Assembly (NCBI GenBank): GCA_963718915.1
Contig: CAVRAI010000015.1
Coordinates: forward strand, 390,001-422,000
DNA length: 32,000 bases
From: an uncultured Chloroflexia bacterium
GTDB lineage: Bacteria; Chloroflexota; Ktedonobacteria; Ktedonobacterales; JADMIN01
Direction: 5' to 3'
In this document: piece by piece, positions 1 to 8,612 of the stretch
How the letters are laid out: the number at the start of each line of letters is the position of its first letter
Numbering within the stretch: position 1 is the stretch's first letter
Notes under the pieces: model-generated
Database searches by the model: none
Told to the model about the DNA's origin: nothing
Seen by the model: only the letters and a program-made list of their open reading frames with translations
Made by a program: the position numbers and the translations under genes

Positions 1-44
1 ATCTGGTGCGTCGCGCCTATCTTGGTGGCTAGAGGGCCAGGCGC

Positions 45-710
45 ATGCGGATCGTGTTTCTGGGCGACAGCTTGACGGAGGGCGTGGATGGCGCATCATA
101 TCTGCGCGCGTTGGGCGCATTGGTCGCCAGCGATCCACCGCCCGGTGGCGTCGCGCTAATCAACGCGGGTCGGGGGGGCGATACCGTGCTCCATCTGACC
201 CGCCGCGCGGCGCACGATGTCGCTCCCCACGCGCCCGACTGGGTGGTGATTTTCGTCGGCGTCAACGACTGCCGGACATGGTATGTGCGGCGGTCATTTC
301 CCACGCGCGCGAATCTTGGTTCAGGGTATTACTTTCTCCGGCGCAAAGGCATCTGGCGCGCTGTCACTCCCCGGCGCTACGGCGATGGGCTGCGGACGCT
401 GATCGACATGCTGCGGTCGCTGACCTCCGCCCGCATTGCGGTATGCACCCCCGCGACGGCCAGCGAAGCGCTTGATGCGCGCGCCGAGCGCATGCTGGAT
501 TGCTATGCGGCGCAGGCTCGGAAGGTGGCGGACGAGCGCGACTGCGCGTTGATTGACGTGCGCGCCGCGTTTCAGGCGGCTGCGGCGGCTCGAGTGCGCG
601 CTGATTCACCACCCACAGGCTACCAGCTCACCTGTGACGGAGTGCATCTCAGCGACGCGGGCGCTGACCTGGTGGCAGGCATTTTCCGCGACTGGCTGCT
701 CACACTTTGA
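45..710 (+). CDS. SGNH/GDSL-family hydrolase (lipase/acylhydrolase-like)
   Basis: 221-aa ORF. Block I FLGDSLTEG (catalytic Ser), block III GVNDC and C-terminal block V DGVHLSDAG (Asp-x-x-His) occur in canonical SGNH order. Confidence 0.85.
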   Translation: MRIVFLGDSLTEGVDGASYLRALGALVASDPPPGGVALINAGRGGDTVLHLTRRAAHDVAPHAPDWVVIFVGVNDCRTWYVRRSFPTRANLGSGYYFLRRKGIWRAVTPRRYGDGLRTLIDMLRSLTSARIAVCTPATASEALDARAERMLDCYAAQARKVADERDCALIDVRAAFQAAAAARVRADSPPTGYQLTCDGVHLSDAGADLVAGIFRDWLLTL

Positions 711-1479
711 TGCAGGTGTATGCCGAGTGAACCCGCGAAGCGCCGTGATTGACGCTTTGGATCGCGAATCCCGCATGCTCGATCATGGGTTCGAGCAGCC
801 AGCTAAACGTGCTGTACTCCTCGCGGAGATGCGTTTCCAGTTCGGCGCGCGTCCAGCCCTGCTCGGAACGTTCGGGCGCACTGGCCAGCCACGTCTCGAT
901 GACACGCTCGGCCTCGTGTGGCTCGAAGGAGAAGACGAGATCGCGGAGGTAGAGTATGCCGCCGGTTGTCAGCATGGCCGCGATGCGCGCGAGGGCAATC
1001 GCCTTCCAGAAGTCGGGAAGGTGATGCAGCGCGTGTCGAGAGTAGACGAAGTCGGCGGGCGCGCCCTGGTGTTCATACGAAAGGAAGCCGCGCTGCACGC
1101 ACTCGATGTTCTTAACCCCTGATTCCGCGGCTTTCAGGCGCAACTGCGCCAGCATCACGGGCGATACGTCCACCGCGATGACACGGCGACAGAGCGAAGC
1201 GGCAGCCAGCGCGAATGCGCCGGTTCCAGCGCCGAGGTCAACAAGCGTGTGCGTCTCGTTCAGGCCGAGATCGCGTAGCACGGCCAGGTCGTCGGCGGGA
1301 TTCGTTCCCGCCTTGCGGTCGTACTCTGGCGCATAGCCGGGATCGAGATGCTCGCTGCCCGCATGGGCGAGCTCATCAAGAAACCAGGAAGGTGTAGACA
1401 TCTCCGGAAACCATACCTCCTTGCATGTGAATTGCTGAATCCCCATCACCACCTGCGCATGAAGATGGGATACACCCAT
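700..1479 (-). CDS. class I SAM-dependent methyltransferase
   Basis: 259-aa ORF with SAM-binding motif I LVDLGAGTGAFAL followed by acidic VIAVD. Start is uncertain: ATG 1479 lies 2 nt after the upstream stop; in-frame ATGs also occur at 1446 and 1401; AAGGAGG lies at 1416-1422 on the minus strand. Confidence 0.85.
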   Translation of the reverse strand: MGVSHLHAQVVMGIQQFTCKEVWFPEMSTPSWFLDELAHAGSEHLDPGYAPEYDRKAGTNPADDLAVLRDLGLNETHTLVDLGAGTGAFALAAASLCRRVIAVDVSPVMLAQLRLKAAESGVKNIECVQRGFLSYEHQGAPADFVYSRHALHHLPDFWKAIALARIAAMLTTGGILYLRDLVFSFEPHEAERVIETWLASAPERSEQGWTRAELETHLREEYSTFSWLLEPMIEHAGFAIQSVNHGASRVHSAYTCIKV

Positions 1480-1481
1480 CC

Positions 1482-1847
1482 CTATGACGTTCCCGATGCG
1501 TCCGGCTCTTCTACAGGCTCCTCGGCAGTATCTTCGGAGGTTTCGCCAGCAACAAATTGTACATCTGGCTCAGAGAGCGCATTGACCCAGCAGCGAATAG
1601 CAAAGAATGGGCTGAACTGGTCTGGATTCTCGCTGAATGTCTGGATAGCCAGTTGGAAATCCGGGTTGAAAAGAGCCAGCGATAGCCCCGGAAATGTCTG
1701 GACCGTTGTCGCGTTATCCTCAAGGTAATGTCCCCAGGATTTTCCACAGCGGCAGAAGCGCTTTTCGGGAAAGAGCCGTACAATGTCGCCACAACGGGCG
1801 CAGTAGAGCAGCTTCACATGTGCCTCCCGGATTCTGTGTGAGGTCAC
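1482..1847 (-). CDS. hypothetical small Cys4 (zinc-knuckle-like) protein with acidic tail
   Basis: 121-aa ORF. The GTG start overlaps the TGA stop of the upstream oxidoreductase gene (GTGA, 1844-1847). CxxC (C16, C19) plus CxC (C32, C34). C-terminus is acidic ([18 protein letters not shown]). No family recognised. Confidence 0.55.
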   Translation of the reverse strand: MTSHRIREAHVKLLYCARCGDIVRLFPEKRFCRCGKSWGHYLEDNATTVQTFPGLSLALFNPDFQLAIQTFSENPDQFSPFFAIRCWVNALSEPDVQFVAGETSEDTAEEPVEEPDASGTS

Positions 1848-3121
1848 TCTTCTTTCAGGAATGCCAGCACGGCCTGTGCCGCCTTCTCGCCGCTGGTGAT
1901 CGCGCCGTGGATGCTGCTCGACTCGGTGTATTCGCCCGCGAGAAACAGCCCTTTCGTCGGCAGGCTATTCTGTGGCAGCGTTGCGAAGATGCCCGGCGTC
2001 TGCTTGAACTGACTGAAGCGTATGCGGAAAAAGCCCACCTGGCGCAGGGTCGCGAGGTCCTTACCGGGGAACCAGGCGGCCATTTCTTCGCGGCAGCGTT
2101 TGCCCACCTCTTCATCGCTCATCTCTGGGTCGCCCAGAACCGTCACCGAGAGCAGATGCTGCCCTTTGGGGCCGTAGGCTGGCGAGACATTGGTGAGCTG
2201 GATGGCGTGACTGACAAAGGCCTCGGGATCGGCGTTCAGCAGCAGCCTTGGCCCGTTGTAGAGGCTCTGCGTGGTGGCGAAATAGAGGCAGACGCATGAC
2301 CTGCCTTCGATCTTTTCGTCGCCACCGGTCAGCCTGGCCGCGTTGGGCAGATCGGTGGCCAGCACGACCGCTTCGCCCTGCATCTCTTCACCGCCGGTTA
2401 GCGTAACGCCCACGGCGCGATCATCCGCCTCGACGATGCCCTCAACGCGGGTCTCCATCCGTAGCGCGTTCGCCGGGAGCTTTGCCGCTAGTTGTGCGGC
2501 GATCTCGCCCATGCCGCCTTCGGGAATGACCATCTTGCCGCTTGCCAGCATCTTGACGGCGAACAACATCATGCGTGCGCTTGTTTCGAGCGGGCGGTCA
2601 TAGAAGATGCTACCGAAGAGCGGGCGCGCAAAGTTCGCGATGAAACCGTCTTCAGTGAAGTGGCGGCGACGCAGCTCGTCGAGGATGGATGAGTCGCCGG
2701 TCTTCAGGCCGCGCAACTTGCCGTGGAAGATCGTATCGAGCGAGCGATGACGCGCATAGCGGCGCAAGCGTCCCATACGGAGCCTGTCACCGAAGGGTAT
2801 CAAAGGGTTAGAGACGACAAGGCCAGCTATTGAGAAGCGCCCGCTGACCTGATGCCATTTGCCATCACGAATCAGGACAATGCGCCGGGCAATGGGGCGC
2901 GGGCGGAGCGCTTTGAGGTCGAGATGGCGCTGTACGGTGGGATAGGCGGTCGAGAGTACCTGAAAGCCACGATCCAGGAGAAATCCATCCGCACTGGCAT
3001 CAGTTCGGACGCGCCCTCCGATGCGATCCGACGCTTCGAGAATGCGCACGTCGTGTCCCGCCTCGACCAGCGCCTTCGCACATGTAAGTCCGGCCAGCCC
3101 CGAGCCAACCACCAGAATCAT
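1844..3121 (-). CDS. FAD/NAD(P)-binding oxidoreductase, amine-oxidase / phytoene-desaturase-like
   Basis: 425-aa ORF. N-terminal Rossmann dinucleotide motif [14 protein letters not shown] followed by [11 protein letters not shown], typical of flavin amine-oxidase-type enzymes. C-terminal FLAGEYT...IHGAITSG matches the FAD-contact end of this fold. Confidence 0.88.
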   Translation of the reverse strand: MILVVGSGLAGLTCAKALVEAGHDVRILEASDRIGGRVRTDASADGFLLDRGFQVLSTAYPTVQRHLDLKALRPRPIARRIVLIRDGKWHQVSGRFSIAGLVVSNPLIPFGDRLRMGRLRRYARHRSLDTIFHGKLRGLKTGDSSILDELRRRHFTEDGFIANFARPLFGSIFYDRPLETSARMMLFAVKMLASGKMVIPEGGMGEIAAQLAAKLPANALRMETRVEGIVEADDRAVGVTLTGGEEMQGEAVVLATDLPNAARLTGGDEKIEGRSCVCLYFATTQSLYNGPRLLLNADPEAFVSHAIQLTNVSPAYGPKGQHLLSVTVLGDPEMSDEEVGKRCREEMAAWFPGKDLATLRQVGFFRIRFSQFKQTPGIFATLPQNSLPTKGLFLAGEYTESSSIHGAITSGEKAAQAVLAFLKEE

Positions 3122-3170
3122 CTTGCCCCCAATTCAACTACGCGGTACCGGCACGCTCATCCCAGGCGCG

Positions 3171-3512
3171 CTATGACTGATTGCCATTGCGTCCAGGCTC
3201 AGAGGGCCAGCGTGAGTCGGTTGCCTCATCCAGCAAGGATGCGCCACAGATCGCACAGCGTTCCAGGCCAGGGATATTGATTGCGCCGCATGCCGCGCAG
3301 GGATAGCCTGTCTCGATGACGATCCCTGAAATGCCGGGCATCGTCGGTGAGATGGCTTCGGACGGCATCCCGTCGGGTGTCGTCGGCGCGTCGTATGGGT
3401 TGAGCGGGGATGGCACGTGACTTCCGCATGCGCCACAAAACTGCGCCCCCTCGGCGAGAGGCGAACCGCAGACAGGACACAATCCCCTCTGGACATCAGG
3501 CCGGTCGTTCAT
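3171..3512 (-). CDS. double zinc-ribbon domain protein
   Basis: 113-aa ORF with two CxxC...CxxC units (CPVCG...CGACG and CAACG...CAICG) separated by a Pro-rich linker. ATG at 3512 is preceded by AAAGGGA. Confidence 0.7.
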   Translation of the reverse strand: MNDRPDVQRGLCPVCGSPLAEGAQFCGACGSHVPSPLNPYDAPTTPDGMPSEAISPTMPGISGIVIETGYPCAACGAINIPGLERCAICGASLLDEATDSRWPSEPGRNGNQS

Positions 3513-3540
3513 GGCGCATCCCTTTCGCGATGCCTACGTT

Positions 3541-3576
3541 ATCATCCGCTATCGTCCGCTATCGTCCGCTATCATC
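3541..3576. repeat. 10-bp tandem repeat, atcRtccgct x3 plus a partial fourth unit
   Basis: Read directly: atcatccgct atcgtccgct atcgtccgct atcatc. It begins at the DUF1015 stop codon and fills half of the 62-nt spacer before the Zn-ribbon gene. Confidence 0.8.
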
Positions 3577-4891
3577 ACCACAATGGATTAATCACCAGTC
3601 CCGTAATCAACTTCGGATAGAAATACGTGGACTTCTGCGGCATGCGATCACCCGCGCGCGCCACATCGCGGATCGCTGCCGGGGGCGTCGCGTTGAGCAG
3701 CGCCGCCAATTGCGCGCCATTGCTGGCCGCACGTACCGCCGCCGTCGCTGCCTCGGCGTCGCGTGTGTAGCTGACGTGTTCTCCGGCCCGCACCGCCTCT
3801 GGGGTCACGCCAAGCGCGGCATCGAGCACGAGCGCATGGAGCACCGCGACATCTAGTGTGCGCCAGGCCGCCGATGCGCCCACGTCCTCGCCCTGAACAT
3901 CGCGCATTGCCGTGGCGCCAGCGTCGGTCAGCCGGATCAGTCGCGCGCCATCTGGCCGCACCAGCACAATGGCTGCGCCAGCTTCTCCCGCCGCCGCGAG
4001 CGCCCGCATCCAGTCGGCGCTCTCACCCTCCAGTGGCTCGCTGGCAAAGTTCGCCGCCAGCGTCTCGTCCAGCGCCGCCAGCCGGGTGGTTTCGAGATCG
4101 CGCAGGATGCGATGGGTTGGCAGTACGACCAGCCCTGGATCGTTCAGCGCGGAGAGGCCCATCAGCGTGAAGTTGACCGCGTCATCCTCGGCGAGGTCGT
4201 GGCGGAGCGCGCGGACCTCGTCGCGATAGGTGAGCGCCGTCTCGTAGCGGTGGTGTCCATCGGCGATATAGAGCTGGCGATCAGCGAAAAACGCCGCCAC
4301 CTGTGCGCTGAGGGCATCATCCCGCGCTATCCAGAGGCGGTGTTCCTCGCCCGCGTCATCGCTGAATGCGGCCAGCGGTGGCTGCGTCCGCACTATACCC
4401 AGGAGGCTCGCCAGTTCGCCCGCCGGATCGTCGTAAAGCGACATGATGGGGCTGAGCGTGGCGGCGCAGGCGCGGGTCAGCTTGAGGCGGTCGTCTTTGG
4501 GTTTGGTCATGGTGCGTTCGTGCGGCAGAATCACTCCGGCGTCCCATGGCTCCAGCCGCACTCGTGCCAATAGACTGGTGCGCGCGTAGCTTTGGTCGCC
4601 GCTGGTGAAGCGCTGCTCATAGAGGTAGAACGAGGGCGGCTCATCCTGCTTCAGCACGCCCGCGCGCCGCCACTCGGCGAAGGCCGCCGCCGCGCGCGTA
4701 TAGCGGTTGTCGAGATCGTCGTCGCCTGGCTCGTCGCGACCCAGTTCCAGGCGGATGATGTTGTGTGGGTCACGTTCATAGAAGCGAGCCTGAGCCTCAG
4801 GCGAAATCACATCGTAGGGTGGAGTGACGAGCGCAGACAGATGCGCTTCGTCGGCGTAACGAATCCCGGTCAGCGGCCTCACATCGGCCAT
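3575..4891 (-). CDS. DUF1015 family protein
   Basis: The N-terminus MADVRPLTGIRYA...LVTPPYDVISPE...NIIRLELG matches the characteristic DUF1015 opening, and there is an internal ADGHHRYETAL motif. I prefer ATG 4891 (AGGAGA 6 nt upstream) over the ORF-track start at 4912. Confidence 0.85.
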   Translation of the reverse strand: MADVRPLTGIRYADEAHLSALVTPPYDVISPEAQARFYERDPHNIIRLELGRDEPGDDDLDNRYTRAAAAFAEWRRAGVLKQDEPPSFYLYEQRFTSGDQSYARTSLLARVRLEPWDAGVILPHERTMTKPKDDRLKLTRACAATLSPIMSLYDDPAGELASLLGIVRTQPPLAAFSDDAGEEHRLWIARDDALSAQVAAFFADRQLYIADGHHRYETALTYRDEVRALRHDLAEDDAVNFTLMGLSALNDPGLVVLPTHRILRDLETTRLAALDETLAANFASEPLEGESADWMRALAAAGEAGAAIVLVRPDGARLIRLTDAGATAMRDVQGEDVGASAAWRTLDVAVLHALVLDAALGVTPEAVRAGEHVSYTRDAEAATAAVRAASNGAQLAALLNATPPAAIRDVARAGDRMPQKSTYFYPKLITGLVINPLW

Positions 4892-5062
4892 GAGCGTCTC
4901 CTGTGTATGCAAGCGCGATGGCGCCGCCCATGCTGACGAGCGCCCATCGCGCGATTGTGTTTTCCAACTGCCCTCAGTATAGCAGCCTGCGCCATCCTTG
5001 TGTTACTACCGTCAGGTCGCTCCTACTACTTCCGCTTCTCATACGAGGTCAGGAGGTGAGGT

Positions 5063-5902
5063 TCATCGCAGGTGGGCTACATAAAGGACGGTCAGATATT
5101 GCTTGGCGATCTCACCGCCGAACTCATTATCAATCATTGTCCGGATACCCTCGTAGAGCCGCTGGCGCCGGTTGGATGGCAGCGCGAGGTGGTTGGAGTA
5201 GGTGTTGATGAGGCGCAGATAGCTCGCGGCATCATAGCGCGCAGCCCAGGGGTAACGCCGCACAGTGAAGTCCCCGAAAAGTTCAGTATCCGTGAGGGCC
5301 GCGCTGCGATGAGGTAGTTCATCGGCGGTGGGTAGTCCCTTCCAGTCTTCCGTGAACTCAGGCGCGTGCTGGCGATAGATTGGCTGTATCCGGTCGAAGA
5401 AGCCGCCATCTACCGCGCACGCGATATGTTCGTTCCAGAAGAGGGCGACAGCTCCGTTGGGTCGTAGCACGCGCGCCAGTTTGGGATAACTGGCTGGATC
5501 AACCCAGTGGAACGCCGTGGCCGAGACGATCAGATCGTACGCTGCCTCAGGCAGTGGCTCTGTCTCGAACGCGCCCACATGCACCTCGACGTTGGGATAG
5601 GCAGCCAGATTGCGGCGAGCAATCGCGGCAAGCTCCGCGCCCAATTCGACGCAGGTGATGCGATAACCTCGTTGAGCAAGTGGGAGCGTTGCCTGGCCAG
5701 TACCGCAGCCGATTTCGAGGATATCGCCGCCATCAGGCACGCCAGACAGCGCGTGGATATCGTCGTACATCTCCGCGGGATACCCAGGGCGCACCGCGTC
5801 ATAGAGCGCCGCTACCTCATCGAACGTCGCGCGCAGTTGACGCCTGAGCGCATCGACCTGCTCGTCTCCACCGTTATCATCATGCTTCTCATCGTTGGTC
5901 AC
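5063..5902 (-). CDS. class I SAM-dependent methyltransferase
   Basis: 279-aa ORF with motif I ILEIGCGTGQATLPLA followed by acidic CVELG. GTG start. Confidence 0.85.
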   Translation of the reverse strand: MTNDEKHDDNGGDEQVDALRRQLRATFDEVAALYDAVRPGYPAEMYDDIHALSGVPDGGDILEIGCGTGQATLPLAQRGYRITCVELGAELAAIARRNLAAYPNVEVHVGAFETEPLPEAAYDLIVSATAFHWVDPASYPKLARVLRPNGAVALFWNEHIACAVDGGFFDRIQPIYRQHAPEFTEDWKGLPTADELPHRSAALTDTELFGDFTVRRYPWAARYDAASYLRLINTYSNHLALPSNRRQRLYEGIRTMIDNEFGGEIAKQYLTVLYVAHLR

Positions 5903-5953
5903 GAATCAGGCCCTTTTCTATGGCAACCTTTCCTATAGCCGCAAACTATGCGC

Positions 5954-6463
5954 TCACGATTCTACCTCATCGCCAGGAAGCGGCGGCGGACGCAGGGGCA
6001 CAGGCGACGACTGGATGATCGAGGTGGTTGTCGAGCCGTAGATGAGGAAGCAATCGAGAATACGATCCAGCTGGTCCATCGCGGGAATATGCACCTTTAT
6101 CAGGAAGCAATCCTCGCCGGTAATGCGATGGCACTCAACCACCTCCGGGATGCTGCGCGCCAGCTCGGCGATCTGTGGCAGTTGCCCGGCGTGCGGTCGG
6201 ATGCGGATGTAGGCGGCAATCGGCAGCCCCAGGGGGACAGGATTAACGACGAGGGCATACCCGGTGATGATGCCGGCCTCCTCCATCCGCCGCACACGTT
6301 CCGTCACGGCGGGCGACGACATACCCACGCGCCGCCCCAGCGCCGCCATCGTCACACGCGGATCGCGCTGAAGCTCTCGCAGTAACTGGATATTGACCTC
6401 GTCAAGTGTCTCGCTTGCCGGGCTATAGGTGAAGAGACGATTCTTCCTGAGTTGTTGAGTCAT
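5954..6463 (-). CDS. Lrp/AsnC-family transcriptional regulator
   Basis: 169-aa ORF. N-terminal HTH LDEVNIQLLRELQRDPRVTMAALGRRVGMSSPAVTERVRRMEEAGII followed by an AsnC-type ligand-binding domain of typical length. Confidence 0.9.
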   Translation of the reverse strand: MTQQLRKNRLFTYSPASETLDEVNIQLLRELQRDPRVTMAALGRRVGMSSPAVTERVRRMEEAGIITGYALVVNPVPLGLPIAAYIRIRPHAGQLPQIAELARSIPEVVECHRITGEDCFLIKVHIPAMDQLDRILDCFLIYGSTTTSIIQSSPVPLRPPPLPGDEVES

Positions 6464-6512
6464 TCTGCCCTATTTCCCTTCACTTCACTATGTAAACTTC
6501 GCGAATCCCATT

Positions 6513-6524
6513 CTATCATGATAG
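6513..6524. promoter_or_regulatory. perfect 12-bp palindrome CTATCATGATAG in the divergent Lrp/EamA spacer (candidate operator)
   Basis: Read directly. It lies in the 87-nt spacer between the regulator start (6463) and the preferred transporter start (6551). Function is inferred only from position. Confidence 0.3.
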
Positions 6525-6550
6525 GGCGCACTGATTCACAAGGAGTAGAC

Positions 6551-7417
6551 ATGGTACACCATGAGCACGGCAAAGCCGCTGACCTGCCCTGGATTCCTCC
6601 TCACGCTTACTTTGTCGTGAGCGCTGTCTTCCACTATCTTGGGCCTGCCTTCGCGGTGCTGCTCTTCGCGCACGTCGGCGTGCTTGGGGTGGCGTGGCTG
6701 CGTATCGCCAGCGCGGCGGTCGTCTTCGCGGCCTGGCGGCGTCCCTGGCGACAGTTTCGCACGGGCAAACAGGCTCAGCGGCGTCTGCTCGTCGCCATGG
6801 GTCTCGTCCTGGGACTCATGAACGCCAGCTTTTATCTCGCCATCGCGCGTCTGCCACTCGGCACCGTGGGCGCCATCGAGTTTCTCGGCCAAATCATTCT
6901 GGCGGCGATTGGCATGCGCTCCGGGCGCAATTTTCTGGCGCTCGGCCTGGCGCTGGCAGGTGGCGCGCTCCTCACCGACGTGCGCCTCGGCGGTGAGCCA
7001 CTCGGGTTCGTCTTTGCCTTTGCCAATGGGGCGTTTTTCATGCTCTACGTCATTCTCGGCCATCGCATGGCGCGGGATGGCGGGCGCGCTGGCATCGACC
7101 GGCTCGGCGCGGCGATGCTCGTCGCCCTGCTGACCATTACGCCGCTTGGGCTGGGTGAGGCGCTGCCCGCGTTCACGAACGCGCAATTGCTGCTGGCGGG
7201 GATTGGCGTTGGCCTCTGCTCGTCGGTGATTCCCTATGTCACCGATCAGCTAGCGATGGCGCGGTTGCCACGGGCGACGTTTGCACTGTTGCTCTCACTG
7301 CTCCCCGCTACCGCCGCGCTGATTGGCCTGGTCGTCCTGCGCCAGATTCCCGCCCCGGTCGAAATCCTGGGAATCGCGCTCATCATGTGCGGCGTCGCCA
7401 TCCATCAGGAGGCATGA
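6551..7417 (+). CDS. EamA/DMT-superfamily transporter
   Basis: About 10 hydrophobic segments and two-EamA-repeat style sequence (GPAFAVLLFA..., IPYVTDQLAMARLP). ATG 6551 is preceded by AAGGAG and is preferred over the ORF-track start at 6452. Divergent from an Lrp regulator, a common arrangement. Confidence 0.8.
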   Translation: MVHHEHGKAADLPWIPPHAYFVVSAVFHYLGPAFAVLLFAHVGVLGVAWLRIASAAVVFAAWRRPWRQFRTGKQAQRRLLVAMGLVLGLMNASFYLAIARLPLGTVGAIEFLGQIILAAIGMRSGRNFLALGLALAGGALLTDVRLGGEPLGFVFAFANGAFFMLYVILGHRMARDGGRAGIDRLGAAMLVALLTITPLGLGEALPAFTNAQLLLAGIGVGLCSSVIPYVTDQLAMARLPRATFALLLSLLPATAALIGLVVLRQIPAPVEILGIALIMCGVAIHQEA

Positions 7418-7508
7418 GGATAGCGGTTGTGGGCCACTGTGATGGTCCAGCCGAGGAACTGGCGGGCCTCGGTATACGAGCTCGCTGAGGAAGAAGTCTG
7501 TCGCCTGC

Positions 7509-8570
7509 TCACGCCGTTGCCTCCACCAGCAGATGCTCAGCCGTATCACCGTCAGCATGATTACGCTCGCGCCCGCGCAGACGCAGATCCAGTATCACCA
7601 GCACGGCGAACAGCGGCGGGATGGCGAGGAACTCCAGCGATGGCCAGACCCACGGCAGCAGCATGAAGAGGCCAGGAGCCACCAGCACGCCAGTGATGAG
7701 CGCCAGCGTATGGCGTAGCGACCAACCCGCGTGTGCGGTCCAGCGACGCCCGATGCGCAGGAGCAGGGCAATGAACAGCGCAAGGACGACGACGGTGATC
7801 GCCTGTGCGGCGAGTATTTGCTTCCCGGCGATGGCCTGGATAATCCAGGGAACGAGCAGGATCATGACAAACAGGAGAGTCGTCCCGAAGAAGCCCGCCC
7901 AACGCAGCCGCCAGAGGCTCGGCGGCGGTGTGGCAGTCAATAGACGCGGGCGCGCCGCTGGAAGACGGAGCGCGATAATCGCTAGCACGAGGGCAATCGC
8001 GAGAACGCTCAGGCGGTAGGCGCGATAGGCTGGCACGAATCCCACCAGTGAGACCACGAGCAGGAAGACGACCGAACTGATGATGATACCCCGCCGACGC
8101 AGCAGGGGCATCCCCGCATGTGAAGGAAAGATCGTCTCGATGAACGCGATGGGCGTGATGACGCTGATGAAGATATGGAAGACCGTCAACCCCGCAGCCA
8201 CAACAAATGAGATCCCACCGAGGTACGTCTCCCCATTATACCTGCCGGGATACCACGTCCCGGCGATGACGCCCTCATTGATGAAGCTGAAGGCGATGCC
8301 GAGCAGCAAGAGGCTGACCCAACCCAGGCGGCGGCGTATCATTGCCTCGCGAATGAGCAAGTCTGCCAGGCCGTAAAAGAGCATAATGAAGGGCAGAGCA
8401 GTAGGTTGTGTGATGATCTTTGCCACCGAGGTACTCGTGGTCGTCAGCGTCTCGGGGATGACCGCGGCGAAGAAGCAAAGCGTCAGCACGACATACCACG
8501 TGCGCTGCGGACGCTTTGCGCTGGTCGGAGCGGTCTCCATGGGCGGTATCGCGCCATCGACCACAGGCAT
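7509..8570 (-). CDS. polytopic membrane protein, unrecognised family (paralog 1)
   Basis: 353-aa ORF with about 10 hydrophobic segments and a GGGAGA SD before the ATG. It aligns without gaps to the upstream neighbour over almost its whole length. Confidence 0.75.
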   Translation of the reverse strand: MPVVDGAIPPMETAPTSAKRPQRTWYVVLTLCFFAAVIPETLTTTSTSVAKIITQPTALPFIMLFYGLADLLIREAMIRRRLGWVSLLLLGIAFSFINEGVIAGTWYPGRYNGETYLGGISFVVAAGLTVFHIFISVITPIAFIETIFPSHAGMPLLRRRGIIISSVVFLLVVSLVGFVPAYRAYRLSVLAIALVLAIIALRLPAARPRLLTATPPPSLWRLRWAGFFGTTLLFVMILLVPWIIQAIAGKQILAAQAITVVVLALFIALLLRIGRRWTAHAGWSLRHTLALITGVLVAPGLFMLLPWVWPSLEFLAIPPLFAVLVILDLRLRGRERNHADGDTAEHLLVEATA

Positions 8571-8612
8571 GGTTGTCTCCCTGCTACGCCATCAGGGCGC
8601 GGGCTATGTCCT

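Noticed and set aside
700-710. 11-nt overlap of the convergent 3' ends of the SGNH hydrolase and methyltransferase genes
   Set aside because: Short convergent overlaps are common in compact high-GC genomes. Nothing further is supported.
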